From an uncultured bacterium (GTDB lineage: Bacteria; Bdellovibrionota_B; Oligoflexia; Oligoflexales; CACXFL01), in the NCBI GenBank assembly GCA_902766925.1, contig CACXFL010000017.1:1-61249 (forward strand): 61,249 nt of DNA, read 5' to 3'. Position numbers and translations under genes: made by a program. Positions within the stretch are counted from its first letter, which is position 1. Each line of letters begins with the position of its first letter. The notes beneath the pieces were generated by a model. It saw only the letters and a list, made by a program, of their open reading frames with translations, was not told the origin of the DNA and did no database searches. Positions 8,873 through 19,334 of the stretch are shown piece after piece.

Positions 8873-9778
8873 TTATCCTTTTGGTGAAAATAAACCTGAT
8901 GAAGTCGCTTTCTTACAGAAAATTATACTTTCACTACCTATCTGCCATTTTGATATGTCAGATGGAGCATTTTGGTAAGAACTTACAATCCAAAAATAAC
9001 CACTTGAATTTTGATACGAGAAGGTAGAATTATTTCTTACTTGATTATATCCAGCATTACAAAAAGAATCCAAATCCTTTTTAAAATTAGCATCAACATA
9101 TTCTGAATTCAATTTTTCACGGTTTATATCAGAGTTTTTAAATGTTTTAGCATATATTGATCCGTTTGTTTGAATATTAGAAAGAATTGTTGGATTAGTG
9201 GTATATAATACAGTTTTGAATGAAACAGTACTATAATCTGAAGGTGAAGAAGGAGAAGTAGGTTTTTGGTTTCGATTTTGATTACTAGGACCTGATTCCT
9301 CAAGTACACTAGCAAATACTTTTATATCTATTTGTTGAGGAGCACTAGGGTAGTTAGGATTAATATTAACTTGTTTAAGAGTGATAGGTAGAGTTAGTAC
9401 ATTATCTTGAGGAATTTGTGTTTTTTTAGTAATAGAGCCTTCATACCAGACATTATCATTACTTGCATATACATCACTAGCCCATAATCTAACCTTAAAT
9501 AAATTATAAGGGAAACATTCTCTCTGTAAAACTACACTAGTATCTAGATTTTTTATATCAATCTGAGTACCTATAACACAAGGATCACTAGCATTTGTAT
9601 TAATAGAACTTGATTTAGTAGCGTAGAAAGTAGCTGTGCCGACGTTATTTTTGACATCATCTGGTACAGACATATATACACTAGAAGTTTCAGAGGCAGG
9701 CGGAGTTGGTTTTAAACAAGAACAAAATAAGTACACAGAACAGATTAAAAATCCAAATAGAATTATTATTTTTTTCAT
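8873..9778 (-). CDS. CFPY-motif lipoprotein, paralog B
   Basis: Signal peptide plus lipobox CSC|LKPT; SVPDD, CFPYNLFKVRLW, WYEGS. Confidence 0.7.
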   Translation of the reverse strand: MKKIIILFGFLICSVYLFCSCLKPTPPASETSSVYMSVPDDVKNNVGTATFYATKSSSINTNASDPCVIGTQIDIKNLDTSVVLQRECFPYNLFKVRLWASDVYASNDNVWYEGSITKKTQIPQDNVLTLPITLKQVNINPNYPSAPQQIDIKVFASVLEESGPSNQNRNQKPTSPSSPSDYSTVSFKTVLYTTNPTILSNIQTNGSIYAKTFKNSDINREKLNSEYVDANFKKDLDSFCNAGYNQVRNNSTFSYQNSSGYFWIVSSYQNAPSDISKWQIGSESIIFCKKATSSGLFSPKG

Positions 9779-10000
9779 AGGTATTCTCCATAGGTGAATA
9801 AAAGATTATACACTATATATGATAAACTAATCTAAGAGTGAAAACTATTATTTGAAGGACCAATATACCAGAACTATACAAGATGTATTAATTTATGGAA
9901 TATGTGAAGATTAATAACAGATTGTAAATAAAATAAAAAAATAGATAATCAAATATAATTACAACATCATAGTATTGTAAAATTAAGAACATGGATAAGA

Positions 10001-10040
10001 AAAAAATAAGGTAGAAATCTCATAAGAAAATTTCTACCTT
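10001..10040 (-). terminator. Rho-independent terminator of the PIN-PhoH gene
   Basis: 11-bp stem aaggtagaaat/atttctacctt. On the minus strand it is followed by a T-run. Confidence 0.75.
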
Positions 10041-10078
10041 TCGGAGGAGTTTTTATGAAAAAAAGTATTATTTAATCT

Positions 10079-11422
10079 TTAGAGTAGTTGAGCTGCAATA
10101 GTAGCAAGTTCACTTCTTTCTCCACGTTGCAAAGAGATATGAGCTGCAATTTTTTCTTTTTTAAATCTTTTTAGAACATATGATAAACCGTTATTTTGAG
10201 AATCTAGGTATGGATTATCAATCTGATTAGGATCTCCAGTAAATACAACCTTGGTGTTTTCTCCAGCACGAGTAAGAATAGTTTTAATTTCATGTACAGT
10301 TAGGTTTTGAGCTTCATCTACTATAAAGAACTGATTTGGTAAGGATCTACCTCTAATATAAGTTAGAGGTTCTACTGCAAGCATTCCTTGATCAATAAGT
10401 TCTTGATAACTTTTACTCATACGTTTATGTCTAGATACTACACCACCACTTAATAGAAGCTCTAAGTTATCAAAAATAGGTTGCATCCAAGGATTTAATT
10501 TTTCTTCTAGATCCCCTGGTAAGAACCCTAAATCTTTTCCAAGAGGGAATATAGGACGAGAAACTAAAAGTTTATGGTATTCATCCTCATCTGTAACTTT
10601 TGAAAGTCCTGCTGCTATTGCTAGAAGTGTTTTCCCGGTACCTGCTTGACCAGATAGAGTTATAAGTTTTATATCATCGTCTAGGAGTGCTTCTAGTGCA
10701 AAGGTTTGTTCCAAGTTTCTTGGATAGATTCCCCATACCCCTTCAGCTTGGGTACTAATACCTCTGACTATTTTATCTGTAGCATCATATATCCCATATA
10801 CAAATTGAGAACTATTAGAAGCATCTTTTAATACTATAAATTCATTTGGATTTATAGTGACCTCAGGATTTAACTCTTCAATAGATATCTCTTGTCTTTT
10901 ATAGAAGTTATTAATAACTGTAGAAGATACATCAATATTTACAATACCAGTATAGGAGATATCCTGAATAGCAATTTTATCTGCTTCAAAATCTTGAGCC
11001 TCGATTCCTAGAGCATCTGCTTTAATTCTTAGATTTGTATCCTTAGTAACAATGATAATTCTAGTATCTTTCTTTTGAGATTGTAGATTAAGTCCTACAG
11101 CCAGAATATGATTATCAGTATTATCATCTAAAATTCCAGGAAGACGAGAGGTGTTATGTCCAAGACTAACAAAGAGTTTTCCGGAATCAGCTCTATCATC
11201 AAATAGTTTAATTCCAGTAGAGAGAGCCCCCTTTTCTCTTAGTTTATCCAGAATTCTAGATATCTCTCTTGCGTTTCTTCCAATTTCACTAAGATCTTTT
11301 TTAAATCTATCGATTTCTTCTATAACAGAGATGGGGATTATAATATCGTTATCATCGAATTTATAACAACAATTAGGATCACTTAGAAGAACGTTAGCAT
11401 CTAGGATAAAAATTTTTTTCAT
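10079..11422 (-). CDS. PIN-domain / PhoH-like ATPase (YlaK family)
   Basis: N-terminal PIN pattern (IFILDANVLLSDP), Walker A GQAGTGKT, Walker B FFIVDEAQNL. Confidence 0.9.
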   Translation of the reverse strand: MKKIFILDANVLLSDPNCCYKFDDNDIIIPISVIEEIDRFKKDLSEIGRNAREISRILDKLREKGALSTGIKLFDDRADSGKLFVSLGHNTSRLPGILDDNTDNHILAVGLNLQSQKKDTRIIIVTKDTNLRIKADALGIEAQDFEADKIAIQDISYTGIVNIDVSSTVINNFYKRQEISIEELNPEVTINPNEFIVLKDASNSSQFVYGIYDATDKIVRGISTQAEGVWGIYPRNLEQTFALEALLDDDIKLITLSGQAGTGKTLLAIAAGLSKVTDEDEYHKLLVSRPIFPLGKDLGFLPGDLEEKLNPWMQPIFDNLELLLSGGVVSRHKRMSKSYQELIDQGMLAVEPLTYIRGRSLPNQFFIVDEAQNLTVHEIKTILTRAGENTKVVFTGDPNQIDNPYLDSQNNGLSYVLKRFKKEKIAAHISLQRGERSELATIAAQLL

Positions 11423-11851
11423 AGTTGGTGCTCCATATGAAAATGAATTATTACGATATTAAAGATATTAGGACGTTATCTATATTTTACATGAGTTGGC
11501 TTTATTACTCTAGTGATAATTTTTTAGAAGGAAAGAAGATAGTTTGTGAAGGGTAGGGAATATTTATTATTATGTTTTAAATAATATATTTAGGATAAAT
11601 ATATTAGAGTGGATCATGATCTATGGTGTAGAGGGATAATAGAAGATAACAGATTAGAAATTATTATGATAAATCATCTTTATTGTTTTTTTATCAACCG
11701 ATAATTTAAGGGGTATTTATTTATATTTTTCATACGAAAAGTTATAATTAAGATAGTAAGTTAATTGTTATCTTCTTATTTGATATCTAGATTTTAATAA
11801 TTTTTGTTTGTACCTATTCCGATCCAAATTTTTTTAGGAAGGAAAATCTTT

Positions 11852-12622
11852 ATGAGAAAAATAGGATGGCTTATTTCTATATGGATATGTTGTTTATTGC
11901 TCTGTATCATATCTTGTTTAAAACAACCAACTAACAAACTCCAATCTATGACTTCCCTACAGGTAGGAGTTCCTGATGAGCTTCAAGGTCAGGTAAGCTC
12001 ACTGAGATTAGAATCGGTATCTGATAAGGGAGGAGAATGTAACTTAGAAGATACTACAGGTAATGAAGATACAGATATATCAAGTATAGATCTTAGAATT
12101 GATTGCTTTCCTTATACTTTTACTTTAACTCTATGGAAAGATAATAATACAAGTGAAACTGATTATTGGTATAGAGGGTCTAAGCTTGTTAGTAGTAGTG
12201 AAGCAAGTAGTGCGGGAGTAGATGGACTTGATATTCAGATACCTCTTTCATTAAATCCAAAGTATCAAGATGGTAACTATTCACCAGATATTACCGCTGA
12301 ATCTACAACAAGACAAGATAGTTCATCTCTTTCTAGTCACAGTAGTTACACTAAAGGAATCAATTCCTGGCTTCTTGGATGTGTTTATATTCAAAAAGTT
12401 AGTTCAAACAATTATTATACTTGTTCTTCAGTTGTATGGTACGATTCTTCAAGAGTTTCTTGTAAAAAAAGTACTACTAGTAAATGTAAGAAGTTCTCAG
12501 AGTTAAACCTGTCTAATAAAAGTGGTAATTTATTTATAAAAGAGGAGAGTAGCTCATCCTGGCAGGTTTGTGATTATATTCTATCTGATGCTGGAACAAG
12601 ATATTATTGCTATATGGAATAA
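11852..12622 (+). CDS. CFPY-motif lipoprotein, paralog C (Cys-rich C-terminal half)
   Basis: Likely start is MRKIGWL at 11852. Lipobox ISC|LKQP; VGVPDE, CFPYTFTLTLWK, WYRGS. Confidence 0.7.
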   Translation: MRKIGWLISIWICCLLLCIISCLKQPTNKLQSMTSLQVGVPDELQGQVSSLRLESVSDKGGECNLEDTTGNEDTDISSIDLRIDCFPYTFTLTLWKDNNTSETDYWYRGSKLVSSSEASSAGVDGLDIQIPLSLNPKYQDGNYSPDITAESTTRQDSSSLSSHSSYTKGINSWLLGCVYIQKVSSNNYYTCSSVVWYDSSRVSCKKSTTSKCKKFSELNLSNKSGNLFIKEESSSSWQVCDYILSDAGTRYYCYME

Positions 12623-12657
12623 CTTAGTTATAAAGTTAATATAAGATAAGAAATATA

Positions 12658-12704
12658 ATACAACGGGGTCTATCTTTAATTAAGATAGATCCCGTTGTAT
12701 TTTA
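12658..12704. terminator. Terminator between convergent genes (19-bp stem with one G-U pair, then TTTT)
   Basis: atacaacggggtctatctt...aagatagatcccgttgtat followed by tttt. Confidence 0.8.
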
Positions 12705-12708
12705 AGAT

Positions 12709-13599
12709 TTAGTACATAACTCTAGTTATAATTTTTTTAGAATAGGGGAGTTTTTGAATAATTAAACTTTGAGAGTTCATTTTATTTTCGCTTTCATCCT
12801 TTATATAATCTTTATTGTAGTTAATATACTCGAGTACTAATCCAGTCGCAGGAGCTGTAGCAGAAGCTCGGGTTCTATCCCTATATTCTAAAATATCTTT
12901 TATATAACCAGGTTTTATTTTATGAGTAGCAACATCAAATAGGGTTCCTACAATGGAACGAATCATCTGTTTTAAAAAACCAGATCCTAAAAACCACAGT
13001 TCATATCTATGAGATTCATTTAAATCTTCAACTAAAGCTATTTCATAGATAGTTCTGGTAAAATCTTTTACACAAGAATCTGAAGCACAAAAAGATTTAA
13101 AATTAGCTGCGCCAACAAGATAAACTAGAGCTTGAGATAATGCTATAAGATCAAAATTATCTTTACTGTAACGTAAAGGAAGAACTCCTTTCTGTAGGGG
13201 GAGTTTATCTTTAGCTAAACAAAAAGAATAAGAGTATATTTTAGATTTAACATCATAGATAGGATGAAACCTGGGATCTACCTCGGATACCTCTAGTATC
13301 AAGATACTATCAGGTAACAGAGCGTTTAAGGATCTTTTTAATTTAAATGTATCTATTTTTTTTGATAGTCGAAAGGAAGCTACCTGCATTCGAGCTGATA
13401 CTCCACTATCAGTTCTACTAGCTCCTAGAATAGATACCTGGGTTGAAAAAATCTTAGCTAGTACTCGTTCAATCTCTTCTTGTACACTTCTACCATTTGG
13501 TTGGCGTTGCCAACCATGAAACACTCCACCATCATAACAGATATCTAACCTGTATGTGTATTTATTGAAGCTATCTGGTTGTTGCCTGGATTCTACCAT
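12709..13599 (-). CDS. truA: tRNA pseudouridine(38-40) synthase
   Basis: ICYDGGVFHGWQRQPN and GASRTDSGVSA motifs. Confidence 0.9.
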   Translation of the reverse strand: MVESRQQPDSFNKYTYRLDICYDGGVFHGWQRQPNGRSVQEEIERVLAKIFSTQVSILGASRTDSGVSARMQVASFRLSKKIDTFKLKRSLNALLPDSILILEVSEVDPRFHPIYDVKSKIYSYSFCLAKDKLPLQKGVLPLRYSKDNFDLIALSQALVYLVGAANFKSFCASDSCVKDFTRTIYEIALVEDLNESHRYELWFLGSGFLKQMIRSIVGTLFDVATHKIKPGYIKDILEYRDRTRASATAPATGLVLEYINYNKDYIKDESENKMNSQSLIIQKLPYSKKIITRVMY

Positions 13600-13630
13600 G
13601 ATTTATATAATTAATTAAAATTGAATTAAT

Positions 13631-14413
13631 TTAAAGAGTTTCAAAAGTCAAAGCTACACCGAAGATCTTTCTATCATAATCCACTTCTTTACTATGATTT
13701 AAAGTTCTAGTCCATTCCATATAAGGGGATATATAAATGGATTTAACATTTATCACATATAAAGTGTTTGAAGTTCTTTGATCTAAAAAACTAATAAGAA
13801 TCCAAGGACTAATTCCATAAACTAAAGAAGTTAATCTTACTTTATCAACATAGGCATCTTCATCTCCAGAGGAACGTTGTTCTTGACCATATAGGTATTC
13901 AACACCAAACCAACCTCTAAAGGTTATAAGTTTTTTAGGTATAAAGTAAAATTTATCAAAAAAAGGAGTAATCCCTATACTTAAATTTGCTTGCATAGGA
14001 AAAAGTGGTCGAGTTAGTTTGGTGGAATTATCTTTTATGTATTCATCCTTAGATAAAGAAGGATTACCTCTATCCTTGTAAAATCCTAGTTTAACTCCTC
14101 CACCAAGACTAAAATATTTTCTAAAATAATTATAATTTACTCCAAGAAATCCCCCCCATTGAGGAGTTGGATAGAATATAGATTGTTTTTTATTTTGGTA
14201 TTTGGTTCTCATCATCCCAAAGTACATATCCATATGTCCATATACTGCTTGAAAAGCTTCTTCTTTTTTAGAACTTTCGGAAGAATCCACAGTAGTAACT
14301 GATGAGGTAGAAGTAGTTGCCTTATCATCTGTTCCGTATAGGGCTGTCGTAACTAGTCCAGTACAAATAAAACTGATAAATAAGGCAGAAAAACTTCTTA
14401 ACATTTTATACAT
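13631..14413 (-). CDS. Secreted protein, probable outer-membrane beta-barrel
   Basis: Signal peptide, a Ser/Thr linker, then alternating aromatic/Gly-rich segments. No family recognised. Confidence 0.5.
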   Translation of the reverse strand: MYKMLRSFSALFISFICTGLVTTALYGTDDKATTSTSSVTTVDSSESSKKEEAFQAVYGHMDMYFGMMRTKYQNKKQSIFYPTPQWGGFLGVNYNYFRKYFSLGGGVKLGFYKDRGNPSLSKDEYIKDNSTKLTRPLFPMQANLSIGITPFFDKFYFIPKKLITFRGWFGVEYLYGQEQRSSGDEDAYVDKVRLTSLVYGISPWILISFLDQRTSNTLYVINVKSIYISPYMEWTRTLNHSKEVDYDRKIFGVALTFETL

Positions 14414-14423
14414 CTTAAATTCC

Positions 14424-15440
14424 TTATGAACAAAATAATTTTAGTATCTGAACTGCATTAGTTGCAGCACCTTTTTTCAGATTATCTGCTACGTTCCAAT
14501 AACTAACCCATTGAGATCTTTCTTCTCCAAGAGGTAATCTTACTCTTGATACAAACACTTCCTCTCTTCTGTATGCATCAATACAGGTTGGAAGATCTTC
14601 ATAAGTATCTTGATCTTTTAGGATAACCCCCTTTGCAGAACGCAGTGCTTGTAGTACTTCAGATCTAGATACCTTTTTCTTCAATTTTACAGTGATTGTT
14701 TCTCCATGACAACAAAAAACAGGTACTCTTACTGTAGAAGCAAGAACCTCTACATCAGGAAGTTCCATTATTTTTCTAGTTTCTTTAAGCATCTTTTCTT
14801 CCTCAAAACAATGTCCAGTATCATCTAAGGTGTCTATTGCTGGAATAAGATTAGAAACAATTCTTTTAGCATAGGTAGAAGGTTTAATATCAGCTAGAGG
14901 AATATTTTGAAGTTTAAGTTCATTCATTTCTCTATCAAGTTCTACAATACCTTTTTGTCCAGATCCTGAAACAGATTGATAGGTAGAAGCTATTACAAGA
15001 TCAAGTCCAAAAGCATCTGATAGAGGTTTTAGAGTTACCACCATTTGAATAGTAGTACAGTTAGGATTAGAGATAATACCTTGGTTGAAATTTTTAAGAA
15101 CATGTGCATTTATTTCAGGAACTACCAAAGGTACATCTTGTTCCATTCTCCAAGCACTACTATTATCTATTACAATACATCCAAGATCTGCAATTTGTCT
15201 GGAGTTCTGTCTTGAAAAAGTTCCCCCAGCACTCATAACAATATATTTAATGTTATTTTTCTTTAAAATATCCAAACTAAACTCTTCTACAATTACTGGA
15301 GAGTTTCTAAACATCAAAGTTTTTCCACGAGATCTTGCAGAAGCAAGAGGTAAAATTTCAGTAACTTGTGGAACTCCTGCAAGCTCTTCAACCATATATC
15401 TTCCTACAGCGCCGGTAGCTCCTATAACAGCAACTTTCAT
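14424..15440 (-). CDS. asd: Aspartate-semialdehyde dehydrogenase
   Basis: MKVAVIGATGAVG Rossmann N-terminus and the active-site context NPNCTTIQMV. Confidence 0.92.
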   Translation of the reverse strand: MKVAVIGATGAVGRYMVEELAGVPQVTEILPLASARSRGKTLMFRNSPVIVEEFSLDILKKNNIKYIVMSAGGTFSRQNSRQIADLGCIVIDNSSAWRMEQDVPLVVPEINAHVLKNFNQGIISNPNCTTIQMVVTLKPLSDAFGLDLVIASTYQSVSGSGQKGIVELDREMNELKLQNIPLADIKPSTYAKRIVSNLIPAIDTLDDTGHCFEEEKMLKETRKIMELPDVEVLASTVRVPVFCCHGETITVKLKKKVSRSEVLQALRSAKGVILKDQDTYEDLPTCIDAYRREEVFVSRVRLPLGEERSQWVSYWNVADNLKKGAATNAVQILKLFCS

Positions 15441-15476
15441 AATCCATCCTTTAATTAGTTATGAGGTTATACACTA

Positions 15477-16316
15477 TTAGTTATTTTCAGTTTCTTTAGA
15501 ACTTTTATCTTCATCTTCTTCAGGAGTAGGTACAAATATTTCTTCATCAGCTACAGGTTTTTTCCATCCAAGCATCCAATCTACAAGAGCACTAAGAGCA
15601 TATAGGGTAACAAAGATAAATCCAAATTCTCCAGGAGCATAAAAGAGTGCTATTAAGATTATTACAGCTAATACCAATGCTTTAAAAGGTTTTAATAATC
15701 TAAAATGGAATGTCTTATGAGAACGATATCTGAAACTACTTACCATCATTAAAGCAGAAAAAACTACTAAAAATAAGGTAACATACATTTTAACAGGAGA
15801 AGATCCTAGATAATTAAAAATCATATCAAACCAGTTTGAACTATCAGATGAATCTGCATTTTTAGTAGCTATAACAAAGGTAGCAACAGTTAAAGCAGCC
15901 ATAGGAATAGGAAGTCCTGTAAAATCACCACTTGCTTTACCAATAGCACTTTGCACGTTGAATCTAGCAAGTCTTAGTGCTCCACAAGCTACAAAGAAAA
16001 AGCATATCATAATTCCAAGTCGGCCAAGATCTTGCAGAGAAAAAAGATAGGCCAGGAGGGCTGGGGCTATACCAAAGGAAGAAAGATCACACAGTGAATC
16101 ATATTGAACTCCAAATTCACTGTTTCCTTTAGTAAGACGAGCTACTCTTCCATCCAAAATATCGCATATTGCAGCAAAGATTATACAATAACTTGCATAT
16201 ACAAATTCTCCCTGTAGAGCTCTATATATACATAAAAATCCAAACAATAGATTTCCGCTGGTAATCAAGTTAGGAACAACATAAATAGCACCACCAAGTC
16301 TTTTTGAAACGTTCAT
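15477..16316 (-). CDS. pssA: CDP-diacylglycerol-serine O-phosphatidyltransferase
   Basis: CDP-alcohol phosphatidyltransferase motif DILDGRVARL...G...DSLCD. Multi-TM. Confidence 0.9.
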   Translation of the reverse strand: MNVSKRLGGAIYVVPNLITSGNLLFGFLCIYRALQGEFVYASYCIIFAAICDILDGRVARLTKGNSEFGVQYDSLCDLSSFGIAPALLAYLFSLQDLGRLGIMICFFFVACGALRLARFNVQSAIGKASGDFTGLPIPMAALTVATFVIATKNADSSDSSNWFDMIFNYLGSSPVKMYVTLFLVVFSALMMVSSFRYRSHKTFHFRLLKPFKALVLAVIILIALFYAPGEFGFIFVTLYALSALVDWMLGWKKPVADEEIFVPTPEEDEDKSSKETENN

Positions 16317-16340
16317 ACAATCTCCAATTAGATATCTAAA

Positions 16341-16997
16341 TTAATTTCCAAATATAGAAGGTTCTCTATAATAAGTTGGTTGAACTAACTTCGAAGAACC
16401 TACTTCAGTTACAGGATACTTACAGAATGCTTCAAATATCATATGATGCAAAGAAGTAGTATCCTGCTTTAATATATGTACTTCGGGGAATTTAATATCA
16501 AATTCCTTCCAAGTTCCAATACTTACCGTAGTGTAATTTGGATCAAGGATTCTATTTTGAATCTTTTTTAGATCTTGTTCCAGAGTTAAATTAAAATTTA
16601 AGATAGTTCCGTCAAGATTTATAAATCCTTGAGTTTTTGTAGATCCAACTACTAAAACTACTTTTTCATATATGGATTGAAGTTTTTGATATAGTAGACC
16701 AAAAGAACTTGCTCCAACTAGATTAACTCCAGGTAGAGATCTAACGAGTCCATAACAAAAAGCAAGACCTATTTTAATTCCAGTAAAAGATCCTGGACCA
16801 GTAGACACTAAAATAGTGGAGATATCTTGTGTGGAACAATTGTAGTAAGAGAGGCCTTCTTTTAACATAGAGGCAAGTTGCATACTCGAAGATCTTGAAT
16901 CTTTGATAGATTTAATCCATCCGGGGATCTTGGAACTTTCTTCCGAGATTCCTAAAAAACCACCTTGAATGGAAGTATCTACTACAATTTTGTACAT
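16341..16997 (-). CDS. tsaB: tRNA t6A biosynthesis protein TsaB (YeaZ family)
   Basis: VVDTS...ILVSTGPGSFTGIKIGLAFCYGL pattern. Confidence 0.8.
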   Translation of the reverse strand: MYKIVVDTSIQGGFLGISEESSKIPGWIKSIKDSRSSSMQLASMLKEGLSYYNCSTQDISTILVSTGPGSFTGIKIGLAFCYGLVRSLPGVNLVGASSFGLLYQKLQSIYEKVVLVVGSTKTQGFINLDGTILNFNLTLEQDLKKIQNRILDPNYTTVSIGTWKEFDIKFPEVHILKQDTTSLHHMIFEAFCKYPVTEVGSSKLVQPTYYREPSIFGN

Positions 16998-17238
16998 TTT
17001 ATCCTCATTATAGTCTAGGTATTTTAAACACCAACTCCATTAGATATAGATAATAAAATAGTAGAGGAAAAACAACTACTGAATACTATAAAAGGTTTAT
17101 GAGATTTGAACTGTTGCAAAATTTAGTTGCATAAGAGAACTATTTATTTTTGCACTATTTTTCCCTATATGGTAGGAATAGCTTAGTATGGTATCCAGGT
17201 ATATAGGTATAAACAAGAAAATGTAAAAGGAGTATCAA

Positions 17239-17661
17239 ATGATAAAACTTAAGATACATCCAGGATGTACCCCTAAATATATGAGTAAACTATCAAGTGC
17301 TTGTGATGTTGTCTCTAGAGTAGATATGGATATTGAGGCAGGCTCTGTTGGAAAAGTTCCTACGGGGGTGTGGATTGAGGATTTAACTCAAGATGGAAAA
17401 CTATTTGAAATTCAAATTAGAGCTAGATCAGGTCTATCTTTAAAAAAGATATCCTTAGCAAATGGAGTTGGAACTATAGATGCAGATTTTAAAGATGAGA
17501 TCTGTGTACTGTTAAAAAACGATTCTGATTGTACCTTTCATATTAAAGCTCAAGATCGTATAGCTCAGATGGTTCTTTCCGAGGTAATACGTTTTGATTT
17601 TCTTCCTGTAGGAGAGCAAAGATCAGGAGGTTTTGGATCCACTGGGATTTCAAACAAATAG
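17239..17661 (+). CDS. dut: dUTP diphosphatase
   Basis: RSGLSLK, GVGTIDADFKDEI and RSGGFGSTG motifs; 140 aa. Confidence 0.9.
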   Translation: MIKLKIHPGCTPKYMSKLSSACDVVSRVDMDIEAGSVGKVPTGVWIEDLTQDGKLFEIQIRARSGLSLKKISLANGVGTIDADFKDEICVLLKNDSDCTFHIKAQDRIAQMVLSEVIRFDFLPVGEQRSGGFGSTGISNK

Positions 17662-17819
17662 TAACTTACCTTAAATTCTTTCTTTTTTCGGTAACACTTA
17701 TCACAAGCGCAATTCGTCGCGCGTTAAAGATATCTAGTTGATATTATAGGGTATTTATAAAAATATAGAACTTTTCCTCCATTCCAACCGATAGGAGAAG
17801 TACCTACGGAGGATTTAGT

Positions 17820-18614
17820 ATGCAAATATCTTATAAACCATTTATCGGATGTATGATTTCAATTGTGGTTATCTTTACCATATCTTGTAAGCAAGTAAAT
17901 AGTGATTCTTCACTTAAAACTCTAGATGAGTTTACTGGTATGTCTACAGGTACGAACCATTGTCATGGTGGTAAAACGGTTAGTTCTGTTGCTAAAAGTC
18001 GTTTTATCAACAACTCCAGTGAAAATTTATGGAATTCTGTACAAAAAGCCTTAACAGCTGTACCTGAAGAAATACAAAAAGTATTTTTTGGTGCTGGAGG
18101 TAAAATAGTAGTAGATAACGCAAGAGCTCAAGCAGTATGTGAATCTGCTGTAAACGGTCAAGAAGTAGTACAAAAGATATATGCTGGATCTACTTCAAGT
18201 CTTTATGCATGTTGGGCATTTGAATCTAAGAATAGTTCTAAACCTGTTATATATCTTCAAGCACACAAGGATGTAATCGAACATTCTTTACTGAGAGTAT
18301 TTGCTTACTTTTATTCACAAGCTGTTATTCCAGTAGCAGAAAGATCACAAAAATTATATAGCGTAGCTCAGAATTTTGATAGTTTATCGAAGGAGTTAAA
18401 ATCAGCATTTTTGTTGGATCTTGAAAATCTAGCAAAAAACGGTAAAATTGATTCTTCAAGATATGAAGATATTAAAGCTCTTCCTCAAGATACACTAAAA
18501 CAATATATTTTTGCTGAAAGTTTTGATTCTTTCCACTGTAATGAAAAAACTCAAAAGTCAATGAGAAAAAACTTCCCTAACACTTTTGCAGCATTTAATA
18601 GTTCAGCTAATTAG
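17820..18614 (+). CDS. Hypothetical lipoprotein
   Basis: Signal peptide with lipobox ISC|KQ. No recognised domain. Confidence 0.6.
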   Translation: MQISYKPFIGCMISIVVIFTISCKQVNSDSSLKTLDEFTGMSTGTNHCHGGKTVSSVAKSRFINNSSENLWNSVQKALTAVPEEIQKVFFGAGGKIVVDNARAQAVCESAVNGQEVVQKIYAGSTSSLYACWAFESKNSSKPVIYLQAHKDVIEHSLLRVFAYFYSQAVIPVAERSQKLYSVAQNFDSLSKELKSAFLLDLENLAKNGKIDSSRYEDIKALPQDTLKQYIFAESFDSFHCNEKTQKSMRKNFPNTFAAFNSSAN

Positions 18615-18650
18615 TTATTTGTAGATTAAAATTACAGCTAAATAAAAAAG

Positions 18651-18690
18651 AAAAAGAGTCCAAAACCAGATCCTTTGGACTCTTTTTCTT
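18651..18690. terminator. Bidirectional rho-independent terminator
   Basis: aaaaagagtccaaa...tttggactcttttt stem between convergent genes. Confidence 0.8.
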
Positions 18691-18709
18691 TAGTATTTTC
18701 TGATATAGG

Positions 18710-19324
18710 TTAAGCACTTTTTACTATTATATCTAGAATAATATTTGCTGCTTCTGAAATCTTACGGTTGATCTCAAGCATATGCTTGTAGATTTCTCTC
18801 ATTTTAAACATGTATTTAATATCTTCAGATTCAGCTAGTTCTTTTAATGCAGTGTAATATAGAATAGAGCCATCATCTACAATATCTTTAGCACTGATAC
18901 ATCGCTCAATTGAGATAGAAGGATGTTCTTTTAGTAGACTGATAGCAATATCAATTTGTTTAACTCCATCTCTTATAATTAGTCCCATATTTTCCAGGTG
19001 TTCATTAGGTTCTAGAGAGTAGATGTTAAATTCTTCTACTGCTGATTTAGCTAGATCTATAAAATCATCAACTACCCTTGATAGACCAAATAGATCCTGA
19101 CGTTCAATAGGAGTGATAAAAGTTTTATTTATATCATCAATCAACAATCTACGGATCTCATCAGCTTCATGTTCTATATCTGATATTATCTGCTCTGTTG
19201 AAGATCTTTCTCTATGCATATAATCACTGAAAGCTTCAATTCCTTTTAAGGTAACCTTAGATTGGGATTCAAGCATCTTATAGAAATCTTTTTCTTTAGG
19301 AAATAACCAACTCCAAAAACTCAT
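18710..19324 (-). CDS. DUF47 family (PhoU-like) phosphate-transport-associated protein
   Basis: About 200 aa, helical, with a typical N-terminus (LFPKEKDFYKMLE). Adjacent to the PiT transporter gene. Confidence 0.8.
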   Translation of the reverse strand: MSFWSWLFPKEKDFYKMLESQSKVTLKGIEAFSDYMHRERSSTEQIISDIEHEADEIRRLLIDDINKTFITPIERQDLFGLSRVVDDFIDLAKSAVEEFNIYSLEPNEHLENMGLIIRDGVKQIDIAISLLKEHPSISIERCISAKDIVDDGSILYYTALKELAESEDIKYMFKMREIYKHMLEINRKISEAANIILDIIVKSA

Positions 19325-19334
19325 AAAATCTCCT

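Noticed and set aside
10055-10075. Mini-ORF ATGAAAAAAAGTATTATTTAA (MKKSII) preceded by GGAGGAG
   Set aside because: It sits on the plus strand in the 3' tail region of the minus-strand PIN-PhoH gene, directly after its terminator, with no downstream plus-strand gene to regulate. It is most likely a chance SD-like purine run.
11696-11704. The (A/C)CCGATA(A/G) motif (aaccgataa, aaccgatag, cccgataa) upstream of three lipoprotein genes (also at 17786-17793 and 20638-20645) as a sigma-28 -10 element (GCCGATAA)
   Set aside because: None of the three has a TAAA -35 element at the required ~15-nt spacing, and the distances to the start codons differ widely.
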